Shown piece by piece: positions 22,887 to 32,673 of a DNA stretch of 34,536 nt. A program made the position numbers and the translations under genes. Origin of the DNA: a virus (lineage: Duplodnaviria > Caudoviricetes); the IMG/VR virus record IMGVR_UViG_3300030372_001385, positions 1 through 34,536 of that record; one strand, written 5' to 3'. Every line of letters begins with the position of its first letter. The first letter of the stretch is position 1. Under the pieces are notes generated by a model that saw nothing but the letters and a program-made list of their open reading frames with translations, was not told the origin of the DNA and made no database searches.

Positions 22887-24479
22887 CTATGCTAATTTAC
22901 CAGCATCAGAATCTAATACTCCCAATTCTGTATCATTTAATTCAAATATAGTAAAGTTGCCAACTGCTAGACCATGACCAACTGATAATTCCATTGTTAT
23001 AGTCTGTGAATCTATATCAATTTGTTTACCTATTAATGTATATGGTTCATCATTTAAATTTAAAGCATCATGTGTTACATAAATTAAATCACCTAATTGT
23101 TGTTGTAAAAATTTTATTGGTGTAGTTATTGTAAGTGCTAATTCTGGTTGTCTTCTTCTTCCAACAATTCTTTGAGCTAGATTTAATGCACTTCCAGAAT
23201 CTACATACCATATTAAATTATTAGTTGGTTGTTTTGCTATTCTACCAAAAGAATTTACAGATGCAGTATTTTCAAAGCTAATTGTTTGTCTAAATCCAGT
23301 AACACTATTTGATGCAACTGTAAAAGATATTGGAACTGTGAATTGATTACACATATCATTGGCATCACCTTTTGCTGTAATACTAATAATATCGCTATTT
23401 GTAACAGTTGCACTAAATGATTCAACACCAGTAATATTTCTAATAAAGAATATTTTATTGTCTGCTTCTACATAAATAGCACTATCGGTAATTTCTGCAA
23501 TATTTTGTAATGCTGATACATAATTTGTTTCAAAAGGGAAAAAGGCATTAGAAACTATAGATTCACTACCTAAACTATTTTTCCATGATAACCAAGATGT
23601 ATAATTTATATCTGCATTAGCAGTAGAAGTTGTATTATCTAATTTAGCTCCATAAGAATTACTTGTTAATATATCAAATGTTAAGTCTGCTGGATTCCAT
23701 GTAGAACCAACAAAAGTAGCTCCTTGTTGTGATGTTGTATCAGTAGAAATATTTATTTCGGATAATCTATCCATCTGATTTTTAAAATTTAGTGTTGTCT
23801 GACCTTCATTATAATCAGCATTAATTAATTTGCCTTTTGCAATACAAGCAAAATCTATATGAGAAGGATTAAATTGATAACCATAATTTATTTCGCCTTC
23901 TTGTCTAAATTTTGTTCTATCTTCTATTATTTCATTCATTAATTTACTAGCATTTTCAAGAATGACATTATAACCTTCTGCAACAACATCTTTATAAGTT
24001 TGATTAACAACAGGAAATTTTACGACTCTGTCTGTAAATATAGAATTATTAAAAGTAAATTGTTTTACAATACTTCTTGGGTTTGTAGATTTCTGTTGTT
24101 CTAAAAAGAATGGTGTTAAATCATGCCCTAATCTACATTCTGACTTTACAATTGTTGCTAAATCTATTGGTCCAACTTCAGTTGCAAAGTCAACACCTGT
24201 CATTGTTAGAACTTCTACAGTTGTGGCTACTGTTACAGAGCCGACTGCTGTTTGGAAGTCAACTCCATCCATATCCATTATTGGCTCAGTTGCTATAGCT
24301 CCATACCCTTGATATGGATTTTTATGCCAATAACCTAATTTTATATCTTTTCGTTCTGGTGGCAGACTTGTATAGTAAATAGAAAATTCTTCTAAAGATG
24401 GTGTTCTTTTCTTTTTATCTGGTGGTATAAAATGATAAGCTGATTGAGCTAATTGTGTACCAACGAAACTTCCGAGCAT
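22887..24479 (-). CDS. Tail tip hub / minor tail protein
   Basis: 530 aa. ALQNIAE.....IYVEAD.KIFF, SVNSFGR and QLGDLIYVTH are typical of hub proteins. Confidence 0.65.
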   Translation of the reverse strand: MLGSFVGTQLAQSAYHFIPPDKKKRTPSLEEFSIYYTSLPPERKDIKLGYWHKNPYQGYGAIATEPIMDMDGVDFQTAVGSVTVATTVEVLTMTGVDFATEVGPIDLATIVKSECRLGHDLTPFFLEQQKSTNPRSIVKQFTFNNSIFTDRVVKFPVVNQTYKDVVAEGYNVILENASKLMNEIIEDRTKFRQEGEINYGYQFNPSHIDFACIAKGKLINADYNEGQTTLNFKNQMDRLSEINISTDTTSQQGATFVGSTWNPADLTFDILTSNSYGAKLDNTTSTANADINYTSWLSWKNSLGSESIVSNAFFPFETNYVSALQNIAEITDSAIYVEADNKIFFIRNITGVESFSATVTNSDIISITAKGDANDMCNQFTVPISFTVASNSVTGFRQTISFENTASVNSFGRIAKQPTNNLIWYVDSGSALNLAQRIVGRRRQPELALTITTPIKFLQQQLGDLIYVTHDALNLNDEPYTLIGKQIDIDSQTITMELSVGHGLAVGNFTIFELNDTELGVLDSDAGKLA

Positions 24480-24500
24480 AGATTAATTATATACTATTAT

Positions 24501-24821
24501 TTAAAACTGGGTAATTTCAAAGGGTAATGTTGCTGTTGTTCCAGAACTTTTTACGATAGTTACGCTATAACCTTTATTTGTATGCATTGGTGGAGCAAAA
24601 AACATTGGTTCATCTTGAGCACCACTAAAATTATCTCTTGTTACAACCTTATTACCAGAAGCTACTATTGTACAATTACTTATACTAATATTATAATTAG
24701 CTCCAGAAACCATTGGTGTCAAATCAATAAGTGTAGAATATATACCAGCTACAGCAGTAGAAAAAACTACTGTTGTTGCACTTACGGCTACTGCTCCTGT
24801 TGCTACGACTGTTTGTGCCAT
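24501..24821 (-). CDS. Small virion structural protein (putative)
   Basis: S/T/V/A-rich beta protein in the tail operon, AGGAG RBS. Confidence 0.6.
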   Translation of the reverse strand: MAQTVVATGAVAVSATTVVFSTAVAGIYSTLIDLTPMVSGANYNISISNCTIVASGNKVVTRDNFSGAQDEPMFFAPPMHTNKGYSVTIVKSSGTTATLPFEITQF

Positions 24822-25258
24822 TATCTATCTCCTAAATCATTATCCCATATTGCTTTAAGCTCTTCAACTGTAGAAGCTGATTCTATTTCTGCTTTTGCTG
24901 GAAAATCTCTTAATTTATTTTTTGTTTTTACAATTTCAGAAGTATCATCTCCTGCTTCTTGCGCTCTCATATATTGAATATCTAATTCTTGAAGTTTTGG
25001 TATTCTTGCTGTTCTTATTTTATCTCTCCAAACATCTTTAGCAAGTGTCATATCTATTATTGGATTCATGTCTTTGTCACAAGACCAAGCATTTCTAAAA
25101 TCATTATCAAGTTCATCAAGTTGTGTTCTATCTATAATTTTTGCCCCTTTTGGACAATCTTTTACAGCAACTTCTTCTATTGTTAATCCGGAGTTATTTG
25201 CTGGTACACATATTGCCATAATTCCATTTTCTTGATTATAGATTATAACTTTTGACAT
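24821..25258 (-). CDS. Tail fibre assembly chaperone-like protein
   Basis: FRNAW...IDM..AK...RDKIR.AR.PKL..LD..YMRA.E...K.KLRD.P........TVEELKA.W. Confidence 0.7.
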   Translation of the reverse strand: MSKVIIYNQENGIMAICVPANNSGLTIEEVAVKDCPKGAKIIDRTQLDELDNDFRNAWSCDKDMNPIIDMTLAKDVWRDKIRTARIPKLQELDIQYMRAQEAGDDTSEIVKTKNKLRDFPAKAEIESASTVEELKAIWDNDLGDR

Positions 25259-25274
25259 AAATTAAATATACCTT

Positions 25275-25700
25275 CTATGATGTGCTAAAACAAGCTATTG
25301 AAGCATTAGAACAATCAACTGCATTATTTGCATTATCTCTATTTGATAATCTAACTGATTCAACTCTTTTAAAACTTGCTGGGTTTGCATCTCCCTTCAT
25401 ACATAATGCAGAAATATTATCACTATCTCGCATAGACATTCCAACACAACAATAATCATCATTTGGTAGATTATTTGTATAATTTACTGTATAATCACCA
25501 TTTCCATTATCTGTAATAGTTGAAACATTAAAATCATCTTCTATTGCTGGTGTTCCTGTACCATTAAAAGATACCCATGCAAGAACAATATTTTCTTTTA
25601 TTGCAGATTCAGTTTTTGCTAATGTTACATTCGAATCAGCAATTTTATTAGTAGTGATTACACCATCTTCAATTCTATTTAATCTTCCTGCTATAGGCAT
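25275..25700 (-). CDS. Short tail fibre / receptor-binding protein (family A domain)
   Basis: DG.IT..KIAD..VT.AK stem and AWVSFNGTG...I.DDFNVSTITDNG.GDYTVNY head. Confidence 0.7.
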   Translation of the reverse strand: MPIAGRLNRIEDGVITTNKIADSNVTLAKTESAIKENIVLAWVSFNGTGTPAIEDDFNVSTITDNGNGDYTVNYTNNLPNDDYCCVGMSMRDSDNISALCMKGDANPASFKRVESVRLSNRDNANNAVDCSNASIACFSTS

Positions 25701-25703
25701 TGT

Positions 25704-26003
25704 TTACTCCTTTGGATATTTATCTTTTACAGCTTTAATAGTTGTTTTCCAACCATCAATACCATTGTGATACAAATCATCTAATTGGTCTTCAATACTT
25801 GGGTATTCTTTTTTTCTATCTCTTTGATATTGTAAAGAATCATAGATTGTTTTTAATTCTTCTTGTTTTGCTATAATCTGTTCACCAGTAATATTATTAG
25901 GGTTATCATCATGCCAAATAATTTGGTCAACACCATCTCCATTAACACTTACTTGTGCTTTTGGGTCTAAAGCTAAAATTGCAGATATAACATCATAATT
26001 CAT
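25704..26003 (-). CDS. Tail fibre chaperone-like protein
   Basis: YQRDRKKEYPSIEDQLDDLYH...DGWK..IKAVKDKYPK, a motif I recall from aquatic phage fibre partners. Confidence 0.65.
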   Translation of the reverse strand: MNYDVISAILALDPKAQVSVNGDGVDQIIWHDDNPNNITGEQIIAKQEELKTIYDSLQYQRDRKKEYPSIEDQLDDLYHNGIDGWKTTIKAVKDKYPKE

Positions 26004-26013
26004 ATTTTTCTCC

Positions 26014-26643
26014 TTATCCTGCTATTTCAAAAGCAGTTAATGTTCCGACTCCTCTACCTGTAAAACTTGAATCTGAATCATTAAAACAAGCATTAAATCT
26101 TAATGCACTACCAGTATGCATTCTTATTTGTAATTTGTAAGTAGTAGCACTTGTTGTGTTTGGTGAATCTAAAAAACTTGCTCCCATAGGTGCAACCTTA
26201 TCTGAATTACTAGCTGGAAAAACACCACCTTGTGTAGATTCAACTCTATTTGCACTATCATCATCTGCAATTGCTATTGCTGTGCTACCTCGTAAAAATC
26301 TAATATAAAACATTTCATTAGAACCTAACTGCACATTTGTTACTAAATAAATTTTACTACTTGTTGAACTAGGTGTAATTGTTACTGAAAATCCAGTTAC
26401 ATCTACAAAAGTAGTTTGTGTAGTTGTTGAGAATACATCTGTCTTAGTTGTAGATACTACTTGTAAAACTTTACCAGCAGTTATAGTTTCTGATGCACCC
26501 AAATCAATTGATGTGCCATTTACTGTAACACTATCATTAGCCAATTTTGCATTTGCTATACTTCCTGCTAATTTATCATTTGTTACAGCTCCATTTTCTA
26601 TTTCATTTGCTCCAATAATTCCTATTGCTCCTGCTATTGCCAT
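26014..26643 (-). CDS. Short tail fibre / receptor-binding protein (paralog family B)
   Basis: GKVLQVVSTTKTD...TGFSVTITPSSTSSKI...FLDSP.TTSATTYK...LTAFEIAG. Confidence 0.7.
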   Translation of the reverse strand: MAIAGAIGIIGANEIENGAVTNDKLAGSIANAKLANDSVTVNGTSIDLGASETITAGKVLQVVSTTKTDVFSTTTQTTFVDVTGFSVTITPSSTSSKIYLVTNVQLGSNEMFYIRFLRGSTAIAIADDDSANRVESTQGGVFPASNSDKVAPMGASFLDSPNTTSATTYKLQIRMHTGSALRFNACFNDSDSSFTGRGVGTLTAFEIAG

Positions 26644-27146
26644 TATCCTGCTACCTCTATTGCTGTAATTGTTGATACAGTTCTTCCATCTTCATCATTT
26701 GTACTTGTATGGTCACGACCACTTCTATTCATAGTTGATGTAGCAAAACCATTACTTGCCCAAACCCATCTATAAGTTGTTGCAGAAATTGTTGCTGGAG
26801 AATCTAAAAATGAACCTGCCGCAACATCAATTTTCCATAGATTACTTGCATAACCACCACCTTGACCTTGCGACATTCTAATTCTAGTGCTTGAAGCATC
26901 ACCAAGTAGTATATCAGTTGTTCCTCTTTGTAATTTCATATATGTTACATTATCAGCAGTTGAGCCAATACACATATTCCATAAAACTAAAATATTACTA
27001 TTACTAAATTTTGGTGTAATTGAAACACTTAAACCCGTATCTACAAAAGCAGTTTCAGCTGGTGATGTTGTTGTAAATGTATCTGTTTTATTAGATGTAA
27101 CTACTTGAATTACACTTCCAGTTTCTACTAACCCTTGTAATGCCAT
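26643..27146 (-). CDS. Short tail fibre / receptor-binding protein (paralog family B)
   Basis: GSVIQVVTSNKTD...TGLSVSITPKFSNSNI...FLDSPAT.SATTYR...ITAIEVAG. Confidence 0.7.
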   Translation of the reverse strand: MALQGLVETGSVIQVVTSNKTDTFTTTSPAETAFVDTGLSVSITPKFSNSNILVLWNMCIGSTADNVTYMKLQRGTTDILLGDASSTRIRMSQGQGGGYASNLWKIDVAAGSFLDSPATISATTYRWVWASNGFATSTMNRSGRDHTSTNDEDGRTVSTITAIEVAG

Positions 27147-27547
27147 TAGATTTTTAATATAAATGGGTCTGATGCTTCAAAATTAACAGTTACAGTACCA
27201 CCATCTGGTGTAGCAGGAAACCCAACTCCTTCTGATTGAATAAATAATAATGGACTTGTTGATGAATTAGCTGTTGAAATAAATAATACTACTGCATTAA
27301 TAACTGAATTAACTGCAACAGATGGTATATCAATATTATCTGCATCTAATCTACCAGATGATACTGCAACATTTGATAAAGAACTACTTGCAATTCTAGC
27401 ATTTACAGGAATGTCATTTAACATATCATGTCCTGCATCAAATGTATAAAGTGTAGTATTAACAAGTGTAACTCCAATTGTAGCCGTTGCTAAATTAATA
27501 CTACCAGTTGCAAAGAATTGTCTTGCTGTATCATAAATATGTGCCAT
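27146..27547 (-). CDS. Minor tail structural protein
   Basis: YD..RQ.F..G.I.L....I.V.LV....YT...H...P.TPDGG.VTV, located in the tail operon. Confidence 0.6.
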   Translation of the reverse strand: MAHIYDTARQFFATGSINLATATIGVTLVNTTLYTFDAGHDMLNDIPVNARIASSSLSNVAVSSGRLDADNIDIPSVAVNSVINAVVLFISTANSSTSPLLFIQSEGVGFPATPDGGTVTVNFEASDPFILKI

Positions 27548-27568
27548 GTTTAAATTCTACCTTTGTTA

Positions 27569-27943
27569 TTAAATAGTTTCAAATGTAAGTGTGCCTGAAT
27601 ATAATTGTCTAAAATAGGGTTGCACAAATTTATTAAATGGTTCTTGCACCCCTGTAATTCTTACTGTATAAAAGCTATTAGGAAAGGTGTCATCTTCTAT
27701 AAATCTTAAATCAGCTCCTGTTTCAAAAAAACTATTTACAATGCTTACATCTGATGATGCAACTAATGTCATTGGTATAGAAAAAGAACGATATCCACTT
27801 GCAGGTGTAATATAGGTAAATAAAGAACCACCTTTTGTTCTTATATCTTTCTTATCTAATATTTTATTGAATGTATAACCATATCCAGCAACTTCATCTA
27901 ATGTTATATATCCAGAATTTGGTATGCCAATTAACATTGCCAT
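27569..27943 (-). CDS. Distal tail protein (probable)
   Basis: 124 aa directly after the tape measure, ends YSGTLTFETI. Confidence 0.6.
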   Translation of the reverse strand: MAMLIGIPNSGYITLDEVAGYGYTFNKILDKKDIRTKGGSLFTYITPASGYRSFSIPMTLVASSDVSIVNSFFETGADLRFIEDDTFPNSFYTVRITGVQEPFNKFVQPYFRQLYSGTLTFETI

Positions 27944-29745
27944 TATCTTGCCTTCCTAAAATTTAAAGTAGTTGTGCTTCCACTTTGACCTAAATTATTT
28001 AAAGCTGGAAGTATTTTCTGTTGTGTTAAATCTACCCAAAATGACATTGGTTTATCTGTAAGTGCTTTATCTATACTTGCATTTGGTAATATATTTACAA
28101 CTCCTATAGATTGCATACCACCCAACATTTCATTTGGTACAATTGTACCTGCACTATCTGGAACAAATAACTCAGGTCCTCTCTCTCCAACTAATGATGG
28201 TTGATTAAGTGGTGGTCTACCACCATCTGCAAATGGACTTATTTTTTTAAGTCCTTTTGCTACACTTCCAATACCCTTTGTAAATCCACTAATTATTCCA
28301 CCTAAACCTCCACCGATACCCATTCCGAATCCACCCATACCTGCTGGACCCATGCCTACGGCGGCCATAGCTATTCTTAAAGCAATTAATCGGGCAATCA
28401 TTATTGCGACTTGTTGCACAATCATTCTTGCTAATCCTTTAAATATGCTTTTTAAACTATCCATAAAATTTTCGCCATCTAAAACTGCATTTGCCATTGC
28501 TAATCCAACATCATCAATAGCTGTAATAACATTATCTGCAACAGTTTCACCAAATTTTTTAGCTTGGTCTAATGTGCCACCTTCTTTAGGAAATGCCTCA
28601 TCAAATGCTTCCTTAAATCCTAATCTTAATCCTTCTTCTGCTTGTTTTGCATTAGCTCCAAATTCTGAAAGTGCTTGGCTTGCACCTTTTGTTTTTTCTG
28701 CGGCGGCTTCCATGCTTGGTGAGATACCAGCAATATCTGCTCCTAAAATACTTGTTGGTGGTTCAAAATCTTCAATAACTCCAAGTAATTCTTGTACTTT
28801 CTTTTTTCTATTTTCTAATTCTTCTTCACTCGGAATATCTTCATTAAAAAGTTTAATAAAGAAATTTCTTAATTTATCTCCAACATTAGTAAGACCTCTT
28901 ATTTTATTTCTTAAATCTTGAAAGAAATCTATAATTGCTCTTATTGGGCTAAATAAAATTGTAAAAGCAATGCCTAATAAATCTATGGATGTTTTTAAAA
29001 ATCCAAGTAGAGGTAATAAAGAGATTCTTACAAAATCAAATAATACTGTAAATATTGGTATTAATACTTTACCAATTGTTCTTCCTAAACCTATAAATAC
29101 ACTTTTTAATCTTAATAAAGCATCTTGAAAATCTTCGGCTTGTTTGGCTTCTACTTCATTAAAAGTTATACCAAGTTGTTCTGCTTCTTGCATTAAATCT
29201 TTGATGCCTTCTTTACCAGTTATTAATATTGGTACTAAATCACCACCACTTCTACCGAATAATTCCATTGCAAGTGCCGTTCTTTCAATTGGGTTTTCCA
29301 TATCTTTAAAAGCATCTGCGGCATCAAGTAATAATTCTTCAGCATTTTTTAATTCGCCATTATGTTTTCTTACTGCAATACCAGCTTGTGAAAAAGAACG
29401 AACTGATGTCATCAATCCATTATTAGCATCATTTACTCTTCTTGATAATATTCTTAAAGATGTGGCGACAGTAGACATTCCTGCTCCACCAATTTCTGCG
29501 GCGAAAGTTAATTGTGATAATGTTTGTGCAGTTGTACCAATTCTTGTTGCAGTTTTTGCAAAATCATCACCTGCACTTGCGGCGGAGAAAGCTAATTTTG
29601 TAAAGGCAGCACCTAAGGCGGCGACTGCTAAAGCTGTACCATTTAATAATTTACCGAATGAACCTAATGAGCCACGAAGTTTATCTAAACCCTGACTTGC
29701 TTGGTCTTTAAGACTAACGGCTAAAGATATTTTATTGTCTGCCAA
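27943..29745 (-). CDS. Tape measure protein
   Basis: 600 aa, helical and Ala/Gly-rich. LAMELFGRSG..L.P.L and FADGGRP......LVGERGPELFVP. Follows the chaperones, TTG start. Confidence 0.9.
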   Translation of the reverse strand: MADNKISLAVSLKDQASQGLDKLRGSLGSFGKLLNGTALAVAALGAAFTKLAFSAASAGDDFAKTATRIGTTAQTLSQLTFAAEIGGAGMSTVATSLRILSRRVNDANNGLMTSVRSFSQAGIAVRKHNGELKNAEELLLDAADAFKDMENPIERTALAMELFGRSGGDLVPILITGKEGIKDLMQEAEQLGITFNEVEAKQAEDFQDALLRLKSVFIGLGRTIGKVLIPIFTVLFDFVRISLLPLLGFLKTSIDLLGIAFTILFSPIRAIIDFFQDLRNKIRGLTNVGDKLRNFFIKLFNEDIPSEEELENRKKKVQELLGVIEDFEPPTSILGADIAGISPSMEAAAEKTKGASQALSEFGANAKQAEEGLRLGFKEAFDEAFPKEGGTLDQAKKFGETVADNVITAIDDVGLAMANAVLDGENFMDSLKSIFKGLARMIVQQVAIMIARLIALRIAMAAVGMGPAGMGGFGMGIGGGLGGIISGFTKGIGSVAKGLKKISPFADGGRPPLNQPSLVGERGPELFVPDSAGTIVPNEMLGGMQSIGVVNILPNASIDKALTDKPMSFWVDLTQQKILPALNNLGQSGSTTTLNFRKAR

Positions 29746-29746
29746 G

Positions 29747-29908
29747 TTATTTCCTCTTTTGATGCCTATATTGTATTTTTTTGACTAAATAATTTACTTC
29801 ATTAGTCGTTAATTCTAGGCAATCACTTTTACTCCAACCATATTCTATTCCAAACAAATCATATATATCTAAATATCGTTTGTTTATTAACTCGGTATCG
29901 CCAAAAAA
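29747..29908 (-). CDS. Tail assembly chaperone GT extension (reached by -1 frameshift)
   Basis: Slippery T TTT TTG at 29908-29902. The -1 frame reads FGDTELINKRYLDIYDLFGIEYGWSKSDCLELT. Confidence 0.8.
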   Translation of the reverse strand, partial: FFGDTELINKRYLDIYDLFGIEYGWSKSDCLELTTNEVNYLVKKIQYRHQKRK

Positions 29909-30147
29909 TAATTCATTACTTCCGTAAATGCAGACATCTCTGCAATAGTTGTATTTTCTGCAACCCAATTATCTGCAATTTCATTATCTTGTTGTATTGC
30001 ACATTGCACAATAATAACAATATCAGAAAATGCTATATCATTTCCTATTTGTGATAAACCTTTGCCCAGTTTATCTTCTATCGCAAGAATGGATTTAGTT
30101 TTGGCAGGTTTGATATCGAATTCCGTACCACCTAATGTGAAAGTCAT
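29887..30147 (-). CDS. Tail assembly chaperone G
   Basis: Between tail tube and tape measure, AGGAG RBS, slippery site near its end. Confidence 0.8.
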   Translation of the reverse strand: MTFTLGGTEFDIKPAKTKSILAIEDKLGKGLSQIGNDIAFSDIVIIVQCAIQQDNEIADNWVAENTTIAEMSAFTEVMNYFLAIPS

Positions 30148-30156
30148 GCTTTTCTC

Positions 30157-31113
30157 CTAATAACTAGCTTGTGTATTTTGTAATGTAAATCTTACAGAAT
30201 AGCTAGAACTTGTATCATATTCTCCATTTCCATCATATGATGCTGTGATTCTTCCTGCACCACCAATTGGGAATGAAAATGCCGTATAATTTGTTTGTGG
30301 CATATCAATAGTTAGTTGGTTATTTTTACTACCACCAATATCACCACCTGTTAATGTAAATAAAAATCTTTGTCTTGTTTGTGCTTTAAAAATATCTGAT
30401 TGTGTTTCATTACTGAAATCTTGGTCACCTGCAACTGTTACTGTTCTAAAGCCACTTCTTTTAAGTTTAGCTTCAGTCTTTTCACCATTAAGAGTTGGAA
30501 CCCCTTCTATTGGGTTTGTTAATGTAATTGTTGCAGATTCAAATTCACCATTTGCACTACCACCAACTTGTAAAGAAACTGTATCCCAAGTAAATGGGTC
30601 TGCATCTATATAACTTGGTGTTTGTTTTGCAATTCCACTTGCTGTTCTAGCATGAATTGTTGCAGTACATTCTGCGATTGCACCTGCTGTTAAATTAATT
30701 TGCAATGTATGTATTTGTGCATCTGTATATCTAAAAGCATCGCCAACACTTTTATATACTTCTATTGTATATGGTGGCAATGCTACTGTTTCATCAAAAT
30801 CTACTTGTCTTGGTAAAAATTCATGGATTGCGGCAGAAGTAGAAAAGGTAGTTGATGATTGTCCACATACACCTTTTAAAAAATGTCCTAAATAAATTGG
30901 ATGTGGTTCAAATATAATATCCCCAGTAATATTTTTAATGCCAGTAATTGTATCTGGATTATCAAATAAACCTTTTAAATTCTCAGATTGTAATGGTTCT
31001 ATATTTTCTGTTAATGATTCGCTTTTAAATGGCACATATACTCTATTAGTTGTTGCTGTTCCAGCACTGCTTTGTAAACTTAGTGATATATAGCCACCAA
31101 TTCCGTAGCCCAT
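30157..31113 (-). CDS. Major tail (tube) protein
   Basis: 318 aa, S/T-rich, P..SESL....E motif, located before chaperones and tape measure. Confidence 0.85.
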   Translation of the reverse strand: MGYGIGGYISLSLQSSAGTATTNRVYVPFKSESLTENIEPLQSENLKGLFDNPDTITGIKNITGDIIFEPHPIYLGHFLKGVCGQSSTTFSTSAAIHEFLPRQVDFDETVALPPYTIEVYKSVGDAFRYTDAQIHTLQINLTAGAIAECTATIHARTASGIAKQTPSYIDADPFTWDTVSLQVGGSANGEFESATITLTNPIEGVPTLNGEKTEAKLKRSGFRTVTVAGDQDFSNETQSDIFKAQTRQRFLFTLTGGDIGGSKNNQLTIDMPQTNYTAFSFPIGGAGRITASYDGNGEYDTSSSYSVRFTLQNTQASY

Positions 31114-31114
31114 G

Positions 31115-31291
31115 TTAATTTACCTCTCTTGGCTTTTCGCCTGTTTTAATTTTACCTTTTTTAACTTCGATTGCAATATTGCTTTCTATAAGTGATTTTG
31201 CTAATTCTTTTGGCAATTCTATTGTTTTGTTTAATTGAGATTTTCCAAAACCAATAATTGATATATCGCCAACTATAAATTTAATTTTCAT
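31115..31291 (-). CDS. Small hypothetical protein, 58 aa (not in the ORF track)
   Basis: MKIKFIVGDISIIGFGKSQLNKTIELPKELAKSLIESNIAIEVKKGKIKTGEKPREVN. TAATG-coupled and fills the gap exactly. Confidence 0.7.
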   Translation of the reverse strand: MKIKFIVGDISIIGFGKSQLNKTIELPKELAKSLIESNIAIEVKKGKIKTGEKPREVN

Positions 31292-31731
31292 TATTCTCTA
31301 ACCTCGCATTGTAATCTTAATGATACTCCTTTAAAGAAACCTAAACCAGATGTATTTTTTTGGTTGTCATAATTGCCACCAAGAAATCTGGTTACTAAAA
31401 CAGTATCGGATATTGTTCTGTTTTCTTTCATAACTTCTTTTACTTTTCCTAATAAAACATCACGATTACTTGCTCCATCTAAATTTTCCAAACTAAAATC
31501 ATAAATCCATAATTCAATAGTTAAAAATGTTCTAAATGGTTTTGTACCACCGATTAATTCATCTTCACTTGGTGTTTCATAACTATCTAAATAAATACCA
31601 ACATATGGGCAAGAATCTGTTCTTATGGCTTCTGGTGGTTCAATCTCAACGAGTAAATCTTGTGTTCTAGCATCATTATTTAAAAGTGTTTTTATTGCCT
31701 GTTCTATGCCAAGATAATCAATTATAGCCAT
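31291..31731 (-). CDS. Tail completion/terminator protein (probable)
   Basis: 146 aa with CPYVGIY, located between neck genes and tail tube. Confidence 0.65.
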   Translation of the reverse strand: MAIIDYLGIEQAIKTLLNNDARTQDLLVEIEPPEAIRTDSCPYVGIYLDSYETPSEDELIGGTKPFRTFLTIELWIYDFSLENLDGASNRDVLLGKVKEVMKENRTISDTVLVTRFLGGNYDNQKNTSGLGFFKGVSLRLQCEVRE

Positions 31732-31746
31732 AAATTAATAATATAC

Positions 31747-32175
31747 TTATTTACGAGTTAATTCCACCAGATATTGTTGCATTTCTTGTTTTGCAAGTTT
31801 TAATGCTTTATCTGGTTTTGGTAGCATTTTTCTTTGTGGTATATTGCCATCACCAAATTCGTGAAATTCAGAATAAAATACTGGAGAACCAACAACAACA
31901 GTATCATTGCCTTTTAATTCATACATAAAACTTGCTCTTAAATTTCCAGTATCTACAAGAATTCTGCTACTGCCTTTTCTTGCAATTGCATTTTCTGATA
32001 ATGGTTCCCAACCTTCGCCATCATTTGATTCTGTTTGAAAGTTTTTATTTACAAGATTTAATAATTTTATGCCAATTCTTTTAAGTGGAACTTGCGGATT
32101 TTTAATACCTCTTTGCACAACATTTAATTTATTTTGTATTTGTTGTCCACCAGAACTTGTTAATTTTAAAGACAT
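31747..32175 (-). CDS. Virion morphogenesis protein (Mu gpG-like)
   Basis: GEGWEPLS, ILVDTGNLRASF, VVVGSPVFYSEFHEFG...IPQR. Confidence 0.85.
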   Translation of the reverse strand: MSLKLTSSGGQQIQNKLNVVQRGIKNPQVPLKRIGIKLLNLVNKNFQTESNDGEGWEPLSENAIARKGSSRILVDTGNLRASFMYELKGNDTVVVGSPVFYSEFHEFGDGNIPQRKMLPKPDKALKLAKQEMQQYLVELTRK

Positions 32176-32673
32176 TTAATAAAAAGGATTCCATTCTTCA
32201 TCTTTTACTGCATCATATTCATCATTTAATCTATCAGAATCTATTTGTTGTAATGTTTCATCAAGCATTGTAAATGTTGGGTCATATTGCATAGTATTAC
32301 TAAATATTGTATCGCCAGAATTATAAACCAATAATTCACCAGATGATGTAACTAATCCTAAAGTACCTTCATTTAATTTATTTAATGTATCAATAATATA
32401 TTTTTTTCTTTCTGCAACCCAAGCATTTTGGCTCCCCACCTCTTGAGTGAAAAATCTCTCCAGAATTTTAACTAAAGAATATTCGGTTGAAAGAGTTGTT
32501 ATCATAGGTGGGGATGCTGAAAATGGTAATGTGTAATTATTAGCAAGATAACCATTAATTTCGTTTTCTGCTTGGTCAATATAAAATGCAATACTTGCAC
32601 TATTAACTGATGATAAACTCCCAACTCTGGGATATAAATCTTGAACATTTGCAACTGTTGTATAGCTAGGCAT
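32176..32673 (-). CDS. Head-tail adaptor (Mu gp36-like), start revised to MPSY
   Basis: Y.TV..V...Y, I.QAE.EINGYL...Y.LPF...P. An extended -10 (TGtTATTAT) lies 6 nt before ATG 32673. Confidence 0.75.
   Translation of the reverse strand: MPSYTTVANVQDLYPRVGSLSSVNSASIAFYIDQAENEINGYLANNYTLPFSASPPMITTLSTEYSLVKILERFFTQEVGSQNAWVAERKKYIIDTLNKLNEGTLGLVTSSGELLVYNSGDTIFSNTMQYDPTFTMLDETLQQIDSDRLNDEYDAVKDEEWNPFY

Noticed and set aside
21503-27146. Diversity-generating retroelement or invertible tail-fibre cassette
   Set aside because: No reverse transcriptase or invertase, and no near-identical template/variable repeat pair. The paralogs are diverged throughout.
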